DNA from: Octopus sinensis
Taxonomy: Eukaryota
Length of the DNA stretch: 12,116 bases
Direction: 5' to 3'
Assembly (NCBI RefSeq): GCF_006345805.1
Contig: NW_021826698.1
Span: forward strand, 1 to 12,116
Numbering within the stretch: position 1 is the stretch's first letter; each line of letters opens with the position of its first letter. Shown here in pieces: positions 7,881 to 12,116 of the stretch. The notes below the pieces were generated by a model. That model was not told the origin of the DNA. It did no database searches and saw only the letters and a list, made by a program, of their open reading frames with translations. The position numbers were made by a program, and so were the translations under genes.

Positions 7881-7981
7881 TTCTTTGCTATTAAACAACA
7901 ACAACAACAGCAGCAACAACACATCGGTATTGTTATTTCCATTCTCAATGCACCACAAAGAAGCACTCTGGAAACGGCTTC

Positions 7982-8014
<33 letters not shown>

Positions 8015-8046
8015 CATAATAATAATAATAATACTAATAATAACAA

Positions 8047-8080
<34 letters not shown>

Positions 8081-8580
8081 GACGATAATAATAATAATAA
8101 TAATAACAATAATAACAATAATAACAATAATAATAATAATAATAATAATAATAATCATAATAATAATAATAATAATCATAATAATAATAATAATAATAAT
8201 CATAATAATAATAATAATCATAATAATAATAATAATCATAATAATAATAATAATCATAATAATAACAATAATAACAATAATAATAATAATAATAATAATC
8301 ATAATAATAATAATAATAATCATAATGATAATAATAATCATAATAATAATCATAATAATATTAATAATCATAATAATAATAATACTAATAATAATAAGGA
8401 CCATAATAATAATAATGATAATGATCGTGATGATGATGATGGTGATGGTGATGATGATGGTGATGATGGTGGTGATGGTGATGGTGGTGATGGTGATGAT
8501 GATGATGGTGATGGTGATGATGATGGTGATGGTGGTGATGGTGATGATGGTGATGAAGATGATGATGATGATAATGATGT

Positions 8581-8614
<34 letters not shown>

Positions 8615-8657
8615 ATTGATATTGATGATATTGATATTGATGATGATGATGATGATA
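7982..8657. repeat. Compound trinucleotide array (AAT)n then (GAT/GGT)n then (GAT)n
   Basis: About 675 bp held in a single triplet register. Confidence 0.97.
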
Positions 8658-8695
8658 ATTCATATTTATTGTGTTTTCGTTTTTGTTCTTTTCAG

Positions 8696-9372
8696 GAATG
8701 GACGGTGCTGGCTGCAAGAGAATCTGCGACGCCCTCAAACACAACGTGGCACTCGAAGACCTTGATTTCAGTTTTGTGGAAATCGACGACGAGGGCTGTG
8801 TGCACATTGCGGAAATGCTGCGCCAAAACAAAGCCCTGAAGAAACTGCGTTTACGCAGCAGCAGCATCACCTGGTCCGGCTGCAAATTCCTGTTCAGTTC
8901 TTTGGTTTGCAACACGACCCTAACGGACCTTGACATGAGCCGTAATTTCATCGGTAACGAAGGTGTAGACATTATTTCGCAACACCTTGCCAAGGAGTCT
9001 TGTATCAAGAAGTTAAACCTGGAAAATTGTGGTTTGACGGCCTTTGGCTGTGAACCCCTCTGTTGCTCCCTGCTCAATAATAGCTGTCTTTTGAACTTGG
9101 ATCTGAGTAATAACTTTATCGGGGACAGTGGGGCCCGTAAGCTTTCAAAGGCGATTGAAGAAAACACAACCCTTCGATGTTTTGGATTGAATATGTGTGA
9201 AATCACAAACGATGGTTTCTCGTCGATATTAGACGCACTGGAGGGCAACAAGACACTGCATGTGCTGAAACTTTGTTATAACCGTTTGGGACGAGATTCC
9301 AGTAACCCAGAAGCAAATTCTGAGAATCTCAGGTATAGAATCAAAATCGTCACATCTTCTCGACGAAGTTGA
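8696..9372 (+). CDS. Terminal coding exon of a ribonuclease-inhibitor-type (NLRC3-like) leucine-rich repeat protein
   Basis: Strong acceptor tttttgttcttttcag| at 8694-8695, phase 1. Six consecutive exact 28-aa LxxLxLxxN/CxI/LxxxG repeats plus a partial repeat at each end. Stop TGA at 9370-9372, or TAG at 9408-9410 if a 1-bp loss is corrected. Confidence 0.92.
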
Positions 9373-9567
9373 AGCTTTTACTTTGGGGGAATACCTTCGA
9401 GGAATCCTAGCAGAATTGATTGTTGTAAGCATTCTCTGCTAGTAGATAATTAACCAAAGAAGAACAGCATATTTCCTGTCCTGACACTAGGGCACGTCGT
9501 TAAGCAACTCTATAGCTTTCCTCGAGTGATGTTGCTTGGACATTGAGTGCGTGTTTGTGTGGACATG

Positions 9568-9573
9568 AATAAA
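9568..9573 (+). promoter_or_regulatory. Candidate polyadenylation signal of the LRR gene
   Basis: First AATAAA downstream of the stop codon. Confidence 0.4.
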
Positions 9574-9597
9574 TGTGTCTGCATGCCGGATGGATGT

Positions 9598-9790
9598 CAA
9601 TATATATATATATATAAATATATATATACATGTGTTTGTATAGACATGAATAATGTTTCTGTATGTACATATCGGCGGGGAGGGGTATGATGAAAGCAAA
9701 AATATATACATACCATATATATATATATATAATATATATATATAATATATATTATTATATATATATATATACACATATATTATATATGTA
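9598..9790. repeat. Imperfect (TA)n / (TG)-rich tract
   Basis: Direct inspection. Confidence 0.8.
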
Positions 9791-9944
9791 CAGGTACACG
9801 TGAGTGTAGCATGTGTGACATGAGGAATATTATATATCTTTTAAGTGTTTAAACAACAAATTCAAATGCTTTGTGGGCTGCAAAATTGTTTTGAAACTGC
9901 ATATTGGTGCAGCAAGAGTAACAAGAGCATGCATATACACACAC

Positions 9945-10022
9945 ACACTCACACACAACACCACACACACATATATATATATATAATATACATATATATA
10001 TGTGTGTATATATATGCATATA

Positions 10023-10053
<31 letters not shown>

Positions 10054-10105
10054 ATATATATATTATATAACACACATAAATATATATATATATATATGTA
10101 TGTAT
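9945..10105. repeat. (CA)n-(TA)n microsatellite
   Basis: Direct inspection. Confidence 0.9.
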
Positions 10106-10701
10106 GAAGGAGTAAGAGAGAAGTGAACATACACAAATTTACTGTTATTTGGTCAATTGATCAACCGTTTGTTGGACATATCTAGAAATATTGATCCTGC
10201 TTCTCCATGTTACATTAAAACAACTGTTATTTTATTGTCATCACAAAAGAAGTGCTGGCAGAATAAGCATGAAATGATACAGGCCTAGAATTACATAAAG
10301 ATATAGGGCCAGAACAATTTAGGCTTATAGCAATATTTACTCAGAACAAATGTAAGAACTAATGCAGGCCCGGGACATTAATATATTACACGTTTCTCAT
10401 AACAGCTTTTATTTTTATAATTTTAAATGTTGGGCGCAAATTTGAGCTTCAGAGATTTTCCCCGCCAACTTTTAGAATGTTCTGAAAGAAAACAAATGTA
10501 AATAATTTATTTTAGTCTCATTCCATGTCTGAGAGAGAAAGAGAAAAAGAGAGAGAGGGAGTGGAGAGAAATTTGCGTTTACTCGTGAATAAGTTAGTGT
10601 TCCTGCTGTCTACAGTGTTAAACTCGGTTAATGTGTTCAAATGACATTTGTTTATAGCTAATAAACAACATCCTGCTATTGACTGGGCCAGAACTTTCAT
10701 G

Positions 10702-10725
10702 TCATTCAGTCACCAGTCGTTTTCT
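10702..10725 (-). CDS. Last coding exon of an unidentified minus-strand gene (RKRLVTE*)
   Basis: Acceptor tttttatttatttgctatttatttgacag|, phase 0, TGA at 10702-10704. Downstream minus-strand AATAAA at 10506-10511, 10408-10413 and 10231-10236. Confidence 0.62.
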   Translation of the reverse strand, partial: RKRLVTE

Positions 10726-10977
10726 CTGTCAAATAAATAGCAAATAAATAAAAACACCTCTGCGTAAAATCCAAGTCAAATGAGCAACTCTGTGTGTTGT
10801 GTTTTAGATGTAGAAAACAGCCTCTGTACTCCTTACTGTTCTTTAATTCTGCATTGGTTTAGATATAGAGAGGGAGAGAGGTGGGGTAAGGAAATAAAAA
10901 GTAGAAGTCCACCTACAAAGTTTTACCAGTGATGCACTATTGAAGTCATCACGGCGTAAATATATTTATTATCTCAC

Positions 10978-11028
10978 CTTGTCTTCTGGGGGAAGCCGCC
11001 TGTCAGCTTCCTTACATTTCACGAACTG
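10978..11028 (-). CDS. 51-nt internal exon (QFVKCKEADRRLPPEDK)
   Basis: Acceptor tttcttattcag| and donor AAG|GTGAGA. Only frame 0 is open. Confidence 0.72.
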
Positions 11029-11147
11029 CTGAATAAGAAACACGTCTCACAGTCAGGATAAGGTTTTAAAGAATGGTAAGTCCAAGCCCCCTGATAGTCC
11101 GTTCTTAGTTCTAGTTCTCTGTTCTGCAAAAGTCGCTCGTCTCTTAC

Positions 11148-11204
11148 AAGTGACAACATTTCCATGTGGCGCCAATGTGATTGCCGCTTTGTCAGTCGCT
11201 GGAT
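11148..11204 (-). CDS. 57-nt internal exon (IQRLTKRQSHWRHMEMLSL)
   Basis: Acceptor ctgtttgtgacag| and donor |GTAAGA. Phase 0-0, and a 119-nt intron with a CTGAC branch-like motif joins it to 10978-11028. Confidence 0.62.
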
Positions 11205-11388
11205 CTGTCACAAACAGCGGGCAGACTCGCTCAAATCGCACAAAAAGTTATAAAGAACGTAATACATTTAAATAGTATATATTTGTTAATAGATGGGACG
11301 GTCAAGGCTGGAACTCACATGAGGCTAAACAATATTTCTATGTATCCTGGATGAACTGAGGTAGACTAGAATAAAGCGTTGTGCTCGC

Positions 11389-11448
11389 TATAGATTTGAA
11401 CCCACACCCCTTGAGCACACAGCCTAACAGCTTATATATTCGGCCACC
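11389..11448 (-). mobile_element. Degenerate tRNA-like (pol III A/B box) remnant, probably an old SINE head
   Basis: Minus strand GGTGGCCGAAT ... GGGTTCAAATC. I could not build an acceptor stem or cloverleaf. Confidence 0.35.
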
Positions 11449-11824
11449 TTTAAACATAAAAAGTTAAAGGCCCCTCCCGCCAAATCTTTTAATTCTCAGT
11501 TATACAACTTCTGTCTAGTACTTCTTCTTAACCTATCAAATGCTGAAACATCAACACAAACCACAAACACGTAATCTGCTAGAAATAGCAGCTACACCTT
11601 CGCCAAATTATACCTTAGTGTGTTTAAGGGCACATCAGTAAATGCAGAGCTAGTTTCACATATATCTGAATAATAGACACGATGGTCACGACTGCTACAT
11701 ATTTGATTACAGGTTTACTTAATTGGGGCTGAACTAGGGTCAAATAGCAACTTGTTACCTCTAAGATATCTGCCTTAAACACTGCAGCACATCTGTGATG
11801 CTTGCCTTATTGTGTATGCGTGTG

Positions 11825-11906
11825 CTGATGTATATGTTCATATATAAATGCCTATATATGTACATATATGTATGCAAGTATATATATATGTATGTATGTA
11901 TATATA
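11825..11906. repeat. (TA)/(TATG) microsatellite
   Basis: Direct inspection. Confidence 0.85.
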
Positions 11907-12116
11907 AGCCAAACAATGAACACAGAAATACAAATACTTGGTGGTGGTAGAGTCGACACCTTACAAATTTGTTATCCAAGCTTCGAAATAATAATTACAG
12001 GCCGGGTTTCGATTCTCAGTGACCATAAGTTCACGTTAGTTGCGGTTTCGTCCCAGTTTGGGAAAGACATGAATCTCGCAACATAACATATTCCACCAGT
12101 TCCCCCCCCCCCCCCC

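Noticed and set aside
7482-8765. 427-aa ORF with poly-Ile/poly-Met, and overlapping ORF 7841-8404
   Set aside because: Translation of CT, AAT and GAT microsatellites. Only the register happens to be stop-free.
8385-9251. 288-aa minus-strand poly-His ORF
   Set aside because: Antisense shadow of the LRR exon plus the (ATC)n repeat, with no domain signal.
11062-11082. Strong + strand donor AATG|GTAAGT
   Set aside because: No upstream acceptor gives an open exon, and it lies inside the minus-strand intron.
11053-11241. 62-aa minus-strand ORF (MRFERV...)
   Set aside because: Crosses the inferred donor at 11147 in a frame that hits a stop when spliced to the next exon. The phase-0 exon model explains the region better.
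11389-11448. Functional tRNA gene
   Set aside because: A/B-box-like motifs only, with no acceptor stem or cloverleaf. The SINE heads are likewise not tRNA genes.
11575-11752. Possible old dispersed repeat, with a partial look-alike at about 11292-11332
   Set aside because: Similarity is weak and rests on memory of an octopus repeat, so it is not supportable without a database search.

Overview
Repeat-rich, AT-rich eukaryotic genomic DNA, not prokaryotic. The SINE families and microsatellite load resemble, from memory, an octopus/coleoid cephalopod genome (not database-checked). Only one long coding exon is evident: a + strand exon (8696-9372) encoding 28-aa ribonuclease-inhibitor-type leucine-rich repeats, whose natural C-terminus may continue in a shifted frame to 9410. 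The ORF track misses a convergent minus-strand gene end made of three short in-phase exons (11148-11204, 10978-11028, 10702-10725). A weaker two-exon minus-strand candidate lies at 2101-2209 and 320-418. The rest is mobile or repetitive DNA: a full-length decayed DD34D mariner (3496-4780), three minus-strand copies of a bipartite tRNA-derived SINE with an internal microsatellite (one expanded by nested inserts), a near-perfect 199-bp palindrome, a MITE with 66-bp TIRs, an R4/Dong-like LINE fragment, a 211-bp direct duplication and large simple or compound microsatellites. Almost all long ORFs in the track are microsatellite artefacts.
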